Assembly (NCBI GenBank): GCA_043754135.1
Contig: JAYUVI010000024.1
Coordinates: 1-24,001, forward strand
Direction of reading: 5' to 3'
DNA from: Bdellovibrionales bacterium
GTDB lineage: Bacteria; Bdellovibrionota; Bdellovibrionia; Bdellovibrionales; UBA1609
DNA length: 24,001 nt
The notes beneath the pieces were generated by a model. It was not told the DNA's origin. It made no database searches and saw only the letters and a list, made by a program, of their open reading frames with translations. Positions 1-8,635 of the stretch are shown here, one piece after another. Positions within the stretch are counted from its first letter, which is position 1. Each line of letters begins with the position of its first letter. The position numbers were made by a program, and so were the translations under genes.

Positions 1-2362
1 GGGCTTCAAATTCATTTTGATCCACCGTCAAAAAATGAAATCGTTTCACCTCTGCACGCCCCTCTTGCAAGACAAAACTGGTTTCGACATCAGCAATAAA
101 GGGCACCCCTTTCTTCGAAAGAATTTGTTTGTCTTTCGCGAACTGAGCCAATTTTTCGCCCATCATCTGGTCAATCGCATTTTCTTTTGTGTGCAACTGC
201 TTGGCCTGACTTTGCCCATTGGCCGTGAGATTCAAAAGCCAGTTTTTCGTCTGCGGGGGTGGAGTCTTCACCGCCACCTGTGCCGAAAGGACTCCGCTCT
301 CCACCCATTTTATGTTTTGAGGTGAAAAAAACTTCACCAACTCGAGGATCTGCATATTCTGCACAGAACCTTCTGCAATGATCAACGGTCGCGACATCAG
401 GTTTTGCACTTCAAGATGCGGCCAATTCATACCGCCCGAAAAAATTTCATCAATTTTAGCCTGACCGACGAAGCGCGATTTTGCATAGCTGCCGGCAAAA
501 CTTAAACCTTGCGCTGACAGTTGATCGCCATACTGGAACTCTTTAAGTGACACCCGCATAGTGAGTTCAGAATTCATGAGGATCGGCCAATTCGGCAGTA
601 GCCCCGTCGGCTCGGGCAATGACGCCATCCGTTTTTGAAACTGCTCCCATGATTCTTGCGGTGTGGGTGGCTGAGGTGTCGTCGGTGCTGCAGCGACAGC
701 GACTGGCACAAATCGATATTTGTTCAGGTTCGCCACCACATTACCTTTAAGGGTGAGCGCACTTTTTTCAATGGTGAATTCAGGATCTACGTCACCCATA
801 ATTGCGAGTTGCGAGTTGAGCGTACCATCCAGGTTAAGCGGCTTAAGCGTTTCTGATAGCTGACTCATCTCTTTTAATTTCACGTTAGTGAGTGACACAT
901 TCAGCTTTAAGCGTGGTTTCAAATAATCTTCAATTAAACCTGAAACACTAATTTGCCCTATGCGAGAAAGAAAATCTAAGTTCTGAATGCTTATATTGGA
1001 GCCTGAAACTTGTGAACGCATTTCGAAAGTCCCCAGCACTGGCGATTTTTTAAGCGGTAAAATATATGGTGCAAGACTCTCCAACGAAACGGGCGCTATG
1101 CGCATGATTAAATTGGCGTTGGTACTTTTTTGAATATTGATTTCACCTTTAGCCGTGAACAGTAATTGATCAAGGCGCACTTCGAGATTGTCAAAATTCA
1201 GCAATGGTCCATCACCCTGTGCTTTCGCGTTCAAATTGAGTGGTACACCGACCGGCTTAACAAAAAAATCTTTATAGTCGATGCGCAATTTCGTGGCGTC
1301 AGCCACGACATCGATACGCGGTAAAGTGAGTGCACCATCGTATTTGAACGCAAAGTTTAAAACTGGGCTAATTGGGCCCTGCACGGTTAAATCTTTCTGC
1401 CGTAAACTGATGTCGCCTTTAAGATTTTCACTGCGAACATCGCCAGAGATACTAATAGGCGCGCCGCCTTGTCTCTTAATTTCAATTTGGCCAATAATAC
1501 CGCCACTCCACTGCCCCGCCGGTAAAAAATCAGGGGGGATCGGCAGCTTTTCTATTTGTGGTAAGTCGACCTTCACAGACCAAGCCATATCTTGCGTGGC
1601 TAAATCCATACTCCCTTGCGCTAACAAGCCGACACCCGCGACATTGACGCTCATATCTGGAGTCGACAACCGCGACGCCGTTAAATGCAAATCCTGTGTT
1701 TGTATTTTCAACGGTACACTTTTCTCGCCTAAAACAGTCGGTAGCTGCACCACGTTCTGATATTGAATTTTTATTTTTTTATCGGGATTAAGCGCATCAT
1801 TAAGTTCTATTTTGAAACTTTCTTGACTGGTGCGTGCCATCGTCACCGCTGCTAACTTGCCCTCGATCATCTGCATCTGCTTCAACTCAAACTGCCCGTC
1901 TTGACCACTGAGTTGTACATTCACGCGCATACCTTGTGCAGATGGCGACCCCGTTCCTTCTGCTTGCGCCGCCTGCGGGGCATTAACTTGGTCGGCAGCA
2001 GAAGTCGGCAATATCGTTATGGAATACTTCATGCGCTCGAGTCGCACCTCGACAGCGAGCTCTTCAATCTCAGTTAAACTTTTAAACTGTGGGTGCACAG
2101 TGACTTCGACGAACGGCACTTGAATACTGAACGGTACAGAGGGGATCTCGGCCTTGACGTTTTCCAGGTGAACTTTCGGCGGCCACGTGTATTGCACTGT
2201 GAGTTTTTCGATCTGCAGTGGCCCGAGACCGGTTTCGGCGTATTTGTTTAATATAAAATCCTTGGCGTATGTGTTGAGCTGCGGGCGAAAGTAAATAGCG
2301 AGCACCACAAGGCCGACCAAAAGGAAAACATTAAAATAAAAATAACCTTTTAAAAACTTCAT
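1..2362 (-). CDS. AsmA-like (AsmA/TamB/YhdP superfamily) envelope protein, 3'-truncated by the window edge (>=787 aa)
   Basis: Not in the ORF track. Translated by hand: ATG at 2362 overlaps the TGA of the upstream gene (ATGA), and the frame has no stop down to position 2. It begins MKFLKGYFYFNVFLLVGLVVLAIYFRPQLNTYAKDFILNKY (single N-terminal TM anchor), followed by long amphipathic beta-strand-like sequence, a Pro/Thr linker (AAPTTPQPPTPQ) and an AsmA-C-like region (WPILMNSELTMRVSLK...LQEGRAEVKRFHF). The family call is from architecture. Confidence 0.7.
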   Translation of the reverse strand, partial: MKFLKGYFYFNVFLLVGLVVLAIYFRPQLNTYAKDFILNKYAETGLGPLQIEKLTVQYTWPPKVHLENVKAEIPSVPFSIQVPFVEVTVHPQFKSLTEIEELAVEVRLERMKYSITILPTSAADQVNAPQAAQAEGTGSPSAQGMRVNVQLSGQDGQFELKQMQMIEGKLAAVTMARTSQESFKIELNDALNPDKKIKIQYQNVVQLPTVLGEKSVPLKIQTQDLHLTASRLSTPDMSVNVAGVGLLAQGSMDLATQDMAWSVKVDLPQIEKLPIPPDFLPAGQWSGGIIGQIEIKRQGGAPISISGDVRSENLKGDISLRQKDLTVQGPISPVLNFAFKYDGALTLPRIDVVADATKLRIDYKDFFVKPVGVPLNLNAKAQGDGPLLNFDNLEVRLDQLLFTAKGEINIQKSTNANLIMRIAPVSLESLAPYILPLKKSPVLGTFEMRSQVSGSNISIQNLDFLSRIGQISVSGLIEDYLKPRLKLNVSLTNVKLKEMSQLSETLKPLNLDGTLNSQLAIMGDVDPEFTIEKSALTLKGNVVANLNKYRFVPVAVAAAPTTPQPPTPQESWEQFQKRMASLPEPTGLLPNWPILMNSELTMRVSLKEFQYGDQLSAQGLSFAGSYAKSRFVGQAKIDEIFSGGMNWPHLEVQNLMSRPLIIAEGSVQNMQILELVKFFSPQNIKWVESGVLSAQVAVKTPPPQTKNWLLNLTANGQSQAKQLHTKENAIDQMMGEKLAQFAKDKQILSKKGVPFIADVETSFVLQEGRAEVKRFHFLTVDQNEFEA

Positions 2363-3042
2363 TGCGACAATTTAAGCCGCTTAGGCCCTTCTTCTTCGTG
2401 ATTCTTTATGGGCTTGGTTTCTTTTAAAGTCGACTCAGGCCCTTTCGGCGCTTGCGGTATGGGACCCGTGATCTCATCACCCATAAAAGTCTCATATTTT
2501 TTATCCACTTTACGTTTGGTTAAACTCAGCTCACCGTTTAGCCCTATTTCTTTCTCCATTTGCTCAAGAGTTTGCACGCGCTGAGGCACATAACGTCGCT
2601 CAATGACCACGCCTTCTTCGGGGAACTTATATTTCAGCTGTTCGCGCTCTTCATTATAGCTTTTCACTGTGGTTTTGAGCTCTGTGAAAGACGTGCTGAT
2701 AATTTCTAGAGGGTCAATGGGTTTACCTTTTTCATCTAGAGCCGCGTGACTACCTTTTTTAGCTTCGATCATCTCCATAATTTTTCTGTTGAGCTCTTTC
2801 ATTTTGCTTTCGTAAACATTGAGCTTCGTGGTGCGTTTAGCCCATTCGCGGTCGGCACCATTGCCTGCGGGCTTGGCCGCACCCTCACCACCCTCGGCCG
2901 CACCTTCACCTTCGCCGCCCTCTTTGGGGGCCTCGTGACCGCCGCCGCCCTCCTCTGCCCATGTCGGTAACGGTGAATGTACAACCAGCGCGCACATCAA
3001 AACAGCACCGAAAAAAATTATATTACGCTTGATGAATAACAT
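2359..3042 (-). CDS. Hypothetical secreted protein with Gly/Glu-rich linker and coiled coil
   Basis: ORF track 2359..3063; I prefer the ATG at 3042 (GGGAG 4 nt upstream). It has a signal peptide (MLFIKRNIIFFGAVLMCALVVHSPLPTWA), a low-complexity segment EEGGGGHEAPKEGGEGEGAAEGGEG and heptad-like helices (KLNVYESKMKELNRKIMEMIE). It overlaps both neighbours. Confidence 0.75.
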   Translation of the reverse strand: MLFIKRNIIFFGAVLMCALVVHSPLPTWAEEGGGGHEAPKEGGEGEGAAEGGEGAAKPAGNGADREWAKRTTKLNVYESKMKELNRKIMEMIEAKKGSHAALDEKGKPIDPLEIISTSFTELKTTVKSYNEEREQLKYKFPEEGVVIERRYVPQRVQTLEQMEKEIGLNGELSLTKRKVDKKYETFMGDEITGPIPQAPKGPESTLKETKPIKNHEEEGPKRLKLSQ

Positions 3043-3613
3043 ATTGCTCCCAGAACACCTCAACCGGCACCGTACGCAATCGCTGCACGAGCAATGAAGC
3101 CTTCACTGCTGTTAAATCGCGAATGTCGATACGTCCATTACGCATTTTGCTCATAAGACTTTGAGCATCCCACAAAAAACGCGTGTCTGCTAAAATATCG
3201 ATGATCTGTTTACGCACTTCGCCGGTGTCGATCCCTAAAATACTAACATGAAAACGCAATGAACCTTCGCGGCCTTGCGACAACGTCGAATTACCAAACT
3301 CGACAACATCGCTCATGTCAGGTGACGCAAGTCTCGAGGCTGCCGCTGGTGTTGGTTCTAGAGTTTGCGGGAGTAATGACGCCGCTTCACTGGGCATAGA
3401 CTCGAGGTCCGCACCCAAATTTAATTCCGCTTCAAACTCTGGCGGTGATGGCGGTGAGTGCGATTGCGACTGCGAGAATGACGGAGAAGTATTTTCATTA
3501 TCTGTGGTCAGTGAGCCATCGAGTTCAAGTAACACATGCGCCCCGCACGATGCACACGTGACAAGACCGATGTCATCTTCAATAACTGCTTCACAAAGCG
3601 GGCACTTAGCCAT
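3023..3613 (-). CDS. Zinc-ribbon protein (CxxC-x13-CxxC) with acidic Pro/Ser linker and small C-terminal alpha/beta domain
   Basis: ATG at 3613, 13 nt after the secA stop, preceded by TAAGGG. It reads MAKCPLCEAVIEDDIGLVTCASCG, then a disordered linker (SPSFSQSQSHSPPSPPEFE) and a folded C-terminal ~75 aa. Confidence 0.75.
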   Translation of the reverse strand: MAKCPLCEAVIEDDIGLVTCASCGAHVLLELDGSLTTDNENTSPSFSQSQSHSPPSPPEFEAELNLGADLESMPSEAASLLPQTLEPTPAAASRLASPDMSDVVEFGNSTLSQGREGSLRFHVSILGIDTGEVRKQIIDILADTRFLWDAQSLMSKMRNGRIDIRDLTAVKASLLVQRLRTVPVEVFWEQYVIHQA

Positions 3614-3626
3614 GCCCTTATTATAT

Positions 3627-6419
3627 CTAAATTCTTTTGTTTTTCTTCTTTTCAAGCTTGCGGCGTTGGGCCCGATTCATTTTTGGACCATCGTCAGGGT
3701 ATTCACCCGACTCAAAACCAGTCTCGTCAACGTCGCCTGCGGTATTTTGCATCGGCATTCCATTACCACCCAAGCCTGGTAAACCACCACGCAACGGCGG
3801 TACGCCTCGCGGTGCACGAGCGCCACCACTGGCCGACCGTGGTGGGCCACCCGCCAGAGCACTCATATCTTGAGAAGCTTCACTACCTTGATATTTTAGT
3901 TTCTGAGCTCGAAGGTGGCGTTCGGCACGGTCGCGCATAGTTTGTTCAGTTTCTTCTGGTGAAGCCACACGAATCTTCAATATTTTTTCAATAACTTCAG
4001 CGCCTATTACGCGGTTCATTTGTTCGAAAGCTTTAAATCCTTCTTTTTTGTATTCCACCAGCGGGTCTTTTTGCGCATAAGCACGCAAGCTGATGCCTTC
4101 TTTCAATTGGTCAATGACTTGTAAATGATCCTTCCAGCGCGCGTCGATGGTTTGCAATAAAACCATTTTCTGCACTTGTGGCCAAAACTCGCCGGTCTCG
4201 GCTTTCTGTTTTTCAAAAACCGCTTTTACACTATCGCGAACAAGTGCAGTTAATTTTTCCGAAGTGATTGTTGCAGGGTCAAGCGCCGCTTGTATCCCAA
4301 ACTGCTGATTGAGCGCAACTTGCAAACCTTGAAAATCCCAACCCGCAGGTTTTTCAGATTCAGGAGCGAATTGATCAAGAATGTTCGATGTGACATCACC
4401 GAGCATATCGAGAATAATACGATCGATTCCTTCGCCCTTTAAAACTTCACGGCGCGTGCCATAGATGACGGTACGCTGCTTGTTCATTACATCATCGTAT
4501 TCGAGCAAATGTTTACGAATATCAAAGTTATGGCCTTCTACTTTTTTCTGTGCGCCCTCGATAGCGTTTGTCACCATGCGTGCGGTGATCGGTTCATCTT
4601 CGGGAACTTTTAAAAGCTCCATAATTTTTTGAATGCGCTCGCCATTAAATTTGCGCATCAAATCATCTTCAAGGGAGAGATAAAACTTCGACTCACCAGG
4701 ATCACCTTGACGACCCGAACGACCGCGCAACTGATTGTCGATACGCCGCGATTCATGGCGTTCAGTCCCGATAATGTACAAACCACCCGCCTGCAAAACC
4801 GCTTCTTTTTCAGCTGCACACTGCGCTTTATATTTAGCTAAAGCCTGAGCGTAACGTTCAGAATGAATATCGACTTCTGCTGTTGCCGTACCTATTTCTG
4901 TCTTAGTTAAAAACTCAGCGTTACCACCCAGCACAATGTCCGTACCACGACCGGCCATGTTGGTGGCGATGGTGATGGCGCCTTTACGACCCGCTTGGGC
5001 CACGATCTCGGCTTCGCGCTCGTGGTGCTTGGCGTTCAACACGTTATGCGTGATGCCTTCATTTTTCAGTGCCCGACTGATGCGCTCTGATTTATCAATA
5101 CTCACAGTACCGACAAGCACGGGCTGATACTTTTCGCGGCGATCAAGAATGTCTTTTACAATCGCTTTGTATTTCGCAGACTCGTTTTTATAAACAATGT
5201 CTTCTTCATCTATACGCGTGATATCTTTATTGGTCGGGATCACCGACACATCAAGATTATAAATTTTCTTAAATTCGACCGCTTCAGTTTCAGCCGTACC
5301 GGTCATACCCGAAAGCTTTTCGTACATTCTGAAAAAGTTCTGAAAGGTGATGGTCGCAAGAGTTTGGTTCTCACTGCGTACATCCACACCTTCTTTAGCC
5401 TCAACAGCTTGGTGTAAGCCATCACTCCAGCGGCGGCCCTCCATCAAACGACCAGTAAACTCATCGACGATAATGATTTCGCCTTCTTTGATCATATACT
5501 CAACATCGAGCGTGTAGAGGTGATGCGCTTTCAAACCTTGGTATATGTGATGCACAAGTTCGATGTGCTCAGGGTCGTACAAATTGCCCACGTTCAAAAG
5601 TTCTTCAGCTTTGGCGTTACCCTCTTCAGTGAGCGATACAGAGCGGGATCTTTCTTCCATCGTAAAATGCACATCGCGCTTTAACTGCGGGATCAATTTA
5701 TTAATCTGATAATAAAGATCTGTTGATTCTTCTGACGGGCCCGAAATAATAAGTGGCGTGCGGGCTTCGTCAATCAAGATCGAATCGCATTCATCAACAA
5801 TGGCAAAATGGTGCGGGCGCTGCACATAATCTTCAAGCGCAAATTTCATATTGTCGCGCAAGTAATCAAAACCAAATTCGTTGTTCGTACCATAAGTAAT
5901 ATCGGCGCCATAAGACTGCTGACGCTCGCGATCGCTCCGTTCGTGCACAATTGTGCCAGTCGAGAGGCCCATGAAATTGTAAAGCTGGCCCATCCACTCG
6001 CAGTCACGTTTTGCTAAGTAATCGTTCACTGTCACAAGGTGAGCGCCCTTACCGGTCAATGCATTCAAGTACATCGGCAGCGTCGCCACCAAAGTTTTAC
6101 CTTCACCAGTTCTCATTTCAGCAATACCACCACGATTGAGAACTAATCCTCCAATCATTTGCACGTCATAGTGGCGCATGCCCAGCACGCGTTTACCAGC
6201 TTCACGCACAACCGCGAAAGCTTCAGGCAAAAGCGCATCTAATTTTTCGCCCCGTGAATAACGCTCTTTAAACTCAGCAGTTTTTGACTGCAACTGAGGG
6301 TTGCTCAGCTCTTTGAAAGCAGCTTCAAAACTATTGATGCGAACAACGGCCGGCTGCAAACGCTTCATTTCGCGTTCGTGGCTCGTCCCCATGATTTTGG
6401 TCAGTATCTTTGTAATCAT
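3627..6419 (-). CDS. secA: Preprotein translocase ATPase SecA
   Basis: 930 aa with the hallmark motifs MRTGEGKT (Walker A), [61 protein letters not shown] and [25 protein letters not shown]. Confidence 0.99.
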   Translation of the reverse strand: MITKILTKIMGTSHEREMKRLQPAVVRINSFEAAFKELSNPQLQSKTAEFKERYSRGEKLDALLPEAFAVVREAGKRVLGMRHYDVQMIGGLVLNRGGIAEMRTGEGKTLVATLPMYLNALTGKGAHLVTVNDYLAKRDCEWMGQLYNFMGLSTGTIVHERSDRERQQSYGADITYGTNNEFGFDYLRDNMKFALEDYVQRPHHFAIVDECDSILIDEARTPLIISGPSEESTDLYYQINKLIPQLKRDVHFTMEERSRSVSLTEEGNAKAEELLNVGNLYDPEHIELVHHIYQGLKAHHLYTLDVEYMIKEGEIIIVDEFTGRLMEGRRWSDGLHQAVEAKEGVDVRSENQTLATITFQNFFRMYEKLSGMTGTAETEAVEFKKIYNLDVSVIPTNKDITRIDEEDIVYKNESAKYKAIVKDILDRREKYQPVLVGTVSIDKSERISRALKNEGITHNVLNAKHHEREAEIVAQAGRKGAITIATNMAGRGTDIVLGGNAEFLTKTEIGTATAEVDIHSERYAQALAKYKAQCAAEKEAVLQAGGLYIIGTERHESRRIDNQLRGRSGRQGDPGESKFYLSLEDDLMRKFNGERIQKIMELLKVPEDEPITARMVTNAIEGAQKKVEGHNFDIRKHLLEYDDVMNKQRTVIYGTRREVLKGEGIDRIILDMLGDVTSNILDQFAPESEKPAGWDFQGLQVALNQQFGIQAALDPATITSEKLTALVRDSVKAVFEKQKAETGEFWPQVQKMVLLQTIDARWKDHLQVIDQLKEGISLRAYAQKDPLVEYKKEGFKAFEQMNRVIGAEVIEKILKIRVASPEETEQTMRDRAERHLRAQKLKYQGSEASQDMSALAGGPPRSASGGARAPRGVPPLRGGLPGLGGNGMPMQNTAGDVDETGFESGEYPDDGPKMNRAQRRKLEKKKNKRI

Positions 6420-6452
6420 CGAGTGAATTTAAACCCTTATGCGGTAAAAGAA

Positions 6453-6482
6453 TAGACGTTTCTTAATGTAAAATGCTAAATT
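6453..6482 (+). promoter_or_regulatory. Putative sigma70 promoter for the MNT-HEPN pair (-35 TAGACG, extended -10 TGcTAAATT)
   Basis: TAGACG at 6453-6458, an 18-nt spacer, TG at 6474-6475 and TAAATT at 6477-6482. The predicted start falls at about 6489, the A of the ATG. Sequence pattern only. Confidence 0.4.
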
Positions 6483-6488
6483 GGCCCT

Positions 6489-6851
6489 ATGGGAATCGCA
6501 CAAACACAGAAATTAACTGAATCAGACCCTGCTTGGCATGAAAGACTCAAAAAAATAGTGGCGCGTGCGCTACTAGTTGAAAAAAATATAGTCGTTTATG
6601 TATTTGGTTCCTACGCTGCGGGGCGCTTCACCTCTAGCTCTGACCTCGACATTGCTATTGTGATTCCTGACAATCTCAGCGTCAAAGATTTCTACAGTTC
6701 TCTATTTTCCGCAGGCCCTCTCTCAGATTGGCCATTGGATTTACTCATATTTAAAAAAAGTGACTTCGACAAAAAAAAAGAAATCGGCGGAGTGTGCTTT
6801 GATATCCGCGAATCAGGACTAGAAATCTACCCCAAATGGCAGGTCAAATGA
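6489..6851 (+). CDS. Minimal nucleotidyltransferase (MNT / MntA-like antitoxin)
   Basis: 120 aa with an exact GS-x10-DxD motif (FGSYAAGRFTSSSDLD) and a downstream third acidic residue in PLDLLI. The stop overlaps the HEPN start (ATGA). Confidence 0.88.
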   Translation: MGIAQTQKLTESDPAWHERLKKIVARALLVEKNIVVYVFGSYAAGRFTSSSDLDIAIVIPDNLSVKDFYSSLFSAGPLSDWPLDLLIFKKSDFDKKKEIGGVCFDIRESGLEIYPKWQVK

Positions 6852-7249
6852 CTCCCATCTCGCGCAAGTACAAAAAAGAATATGCTTTTGTTTTGCTTAA
6901 TATTGCGATCGGCGATTTAGAATCTGCCAAAGGTCTGGTTAAAAGTAATCAGGGGCGACCCGAAAACATGCTTTATGCCATTCAACAATCTATGGAAAAA
7001 TGCTTGAAGGCAGTTTTGATTTTTTATGAAATACCTATTCTGCATACACATGACCTTGAAGTTTTAATTTCATTGCTTGCCCCTAAAACTGTGCCACCTG
7101 AAGCTTATAATCTAGGGCAGTTTTCGCAATATGCATCTGTACGTCGTTATGAAGAAGGCCATGAGGAGATTTTGCCTAGCGATATCAAAGCCGCACTCGC
7201 TTTAGGTCAGAAAATTTGTGATTGGGCAAAGGCGCAGCTAGAAGTATAA
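6848..7249 (+). CDS. HEPN domain protein (putative toxin partner of the MNT)
   Basis: Start taken at ATG 6848 (ATGA overlap with the MNT stop). It carries the HEPN-type signature QQSMEKCLKAVL...HTHDLEVL and a C-terminal RRYEEGH (R-x4-H). All-helical, about 133 aa. Confidence 0.85.
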   Translation: MTPISRKYKKEYAFVLLNIAIGDLESAKGLVKSNQGRPENMLYAIQQSMEKCLKAVLIFYEIPILHTHDLEVLISLLAPKTVPPEAYNLGQFSQYASVRRYEEGHEEILPSDIKAALALGQKICDWAKAQLEV

Positions 7250-7284
7250 AAGGAGTTCAACCATGATGACCGTGTATGGTGCCA

Positions 7285-7325
7285 ACGTCCCGCCTTTCGC
7301 CGCGCTATGGCGATCAACGGGACGT
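7285..7325. terminator. Stem-loop between convergent HEPN and trmL genes (possible bidirectional terminator or stabiliser)
   Basis: ACGTCCCG (7285-7292) pairs with CGGGACGT (7318-7325); the inner TCGCC (7297-7301) pairs with GGCGA (7309-7313) around a 7-nt loop. It spans the trmL stop codon and has no clear U-tract. Confidence 0.35.
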
Positions 7326-7808
7326 AACACCCAGCTGCCTCACACCCTCGCCCATCACCATAGCCACGCAATTCGATAAATTAAAACTGCGAATTTTGCC
7401 CGGGAAAGGAATGCTATAAACCTGGTCAGAGAATTCAGCGAGAATATCTTTCGGTATGCCCGTCGTTTCGCGACCAAAAACCAAATGATCGCCTTCGCGA
7501 AACTCAATATCAAAAACTGTTTTCGCCGAACCTGTTTCGATCAAGTGAACGCGCGGGCGCTGCTCCGCAGGCAAAGTGGCCAACCACTCCGCTTTTGATT
7601 TGTAATAAGCGAGATCAAGATTGGGCCAGTAATCAAGCCCCGACCGTTTCACGGCTTTGTCGTCGATAGAAAAACCGAGCGGCCCCACCAGGTGAAGCTT
7701 TGACCACCAACCCACGCATGTGCGGCCGATATTGCCCGTGTTGTTGGGTATTTCGGGCTCCATAAGAACTATATTAAATAGAGTGCGAGGGTAAAATGCG
7801 CTTTTCAT
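7314..7808 (-). CDS. trmL: tRNA (cytidine/uridine-34 2'-O)-methyltransferase, SPOUT family
   Basis: 164 aa with IVLMEPEIPNNTGNIGRTC, LVGPLGFSIDDKAVKRSGLDYW, LVFGRETTGIP and RSFNLSN, all TrmL/YibK motifs. Confidence 0.95.
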   Translation of the reverse strand: MKSAFYPRTLFNIVLMEPEIPNNTGNIGRTCVGWWSKLHLVGPLGFSIDDKAVKRSGLDYWPNLDLAYYKSKAEWLATLPAEQRPRVHLIETGSAKTVFDIEFREGDHLVFGRETTGIPKDILAEFSDQVYSIPFPGKIRSFNLSNCVAMVMGEGVRQLGVTSR

Positions 7809-7851
7809 GAAAACGCATCTTTACATGGCCATAGATATATTTGGCAAAGCT

Positions 7852-8475
7852 TTAAGCCATTTCGGGCAAATAACGAGCGACTTCTTTCCCAAGACCGGTG
7901 AGGGCCAAACGACGACCTTTATCAACAATCAGTTCGAGCTTCATCAGCTCACGATAAAGTTCGAGATCGATGGGCACGATTTCCCGGCCCGAAGATCTAA
8001 ACAGACGACGCACATATGTGACTTGTCGATCGCTCAAGAGTTGCGGTAGTGCCGGCTGACTGCGCATATTCGCCAACCAATCGCCATAAGGAATTCGAGT
8101 CGCAGTTTTCGGTAGCTTGGTCGGGTTGATCGCATAAACCTGCGATAACTGTGAGCCACCATTAGCTAAGCGAACCTCAATATTCTCCTTAAAAAATAAA
8201 CTTTTTTCAGGAGCCATGACCGACACGCCATGAAATTCATCAAGCAATTTGTAAACGAGGTCTGGGGCCTGCAGTACAAGAAGCTCGCCCGGGACTTGGT
8301 CACCGCAATCAGGAGTCGTCGGCATTGTAAACACCGGGTACCCTGATGGCAGTCGATAAACCGTGCCACATGCATAGGCCGATGTTTTTTGCACAACATA
8401 ATTGCGAATTTTTGCGAAATGAACCATGCCCTCAACGAGCGATCCATACACGAATAGTGACAACTCACCTTGCAT
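7852..8475 (-). CDS. Gamma-glutamylcyclotransferase-fold (YtfP/AIG2-like) protein with C-terminal winged-helix-like extension
   Basis: Start taken at ATG 8475 (G-rich SD GGGGGGAAG upstream). It has LFVYGSL, YRLPSGYP, VPGEL, LLDEFHG, QVYAIN and IPYGDW, matching the YtfP-type pattern, followed by about 65 extra aa ending LMKLELIVDKGRRLALTGLGKEVARYL. Confidence 0.8.
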   Translation of the reverse strand: MQGELSLFVYGSLVEGMVHFAKIRNYVVQKTSAYACGTVYRLPSGYPVFTMPTTPDCGDQVPGELLVLQAPDLVYKLLDEFHGVSVMAPEKSLFFKENIEVRLANGGSQLSQVYAINPTKLPKTATRIPYGDWLANMRSQPALPQLLSDRQVTYVRRLFRSSGREIVPIDLELYRELMKLELIVDKGRRLALTGLGKEVARYLPEMA

Positions 8476-8621
8476 AATCTTCCCCCCCACAGAAAAGCTA
8501 AGCCGTAACGAGTCTGCTTTTTTCAAGAGCGACTCAAATATCAAATCGCCATCAAAAGCGCAAATTTCACGCACAGGATTATTTTCTTATCACCGCTTAA
8601 AAAAACTTGTGGAAAAGAAAA

Positions 8622-8635
8622 CCCTTAGGTAAGGG
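8622..8635. promoter_or_regulatory. Palindrome CCCTTA-GG-TAAGGG in the divergent intergenic region (possible operator)
   Basis: Perfect 6-bp inverted repeat with a 2-nt spacer, seen directly. Function is inferred. Confidence 0.25.

Noticed and set aside
17-1760. Plus-strand ORFs 17..325, 656..856 and 1281..1760
   Set aside because: They are antisense shadows of the long AsmA-like frame, have no recognisable motifs and use alternative start codons.
3315-6017. Plus-strand and alternative-frame ORFs overlapping the zinc-ribbon gene and secA
   Set aside because: They lie within or antisense to well-supported genes and have shadow-like composition.
6763-6779. A7 and A9 homopolymers in the MNT gene as a phase-variation switch
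   Set aside because: The frame is intact and the runs are explained by Lys codons (FKK, DKKKE). Nothing in a single sequence shows slippage.
6420-7330. MNT-HEPN pair as part of a mobile element
   Set aside because: No integrase, transposase, terminal inverted repeats or target duplication were seen in the flanks.
8608-8617. DnaA-box-like sequence (TGTGGAAAA) here, and an exact TTATCCACA at about 18411-18419
   Set aside because: The copies are isolated, one lies inside spoVR, and there is no cluster or DUE, so this is not an origin.
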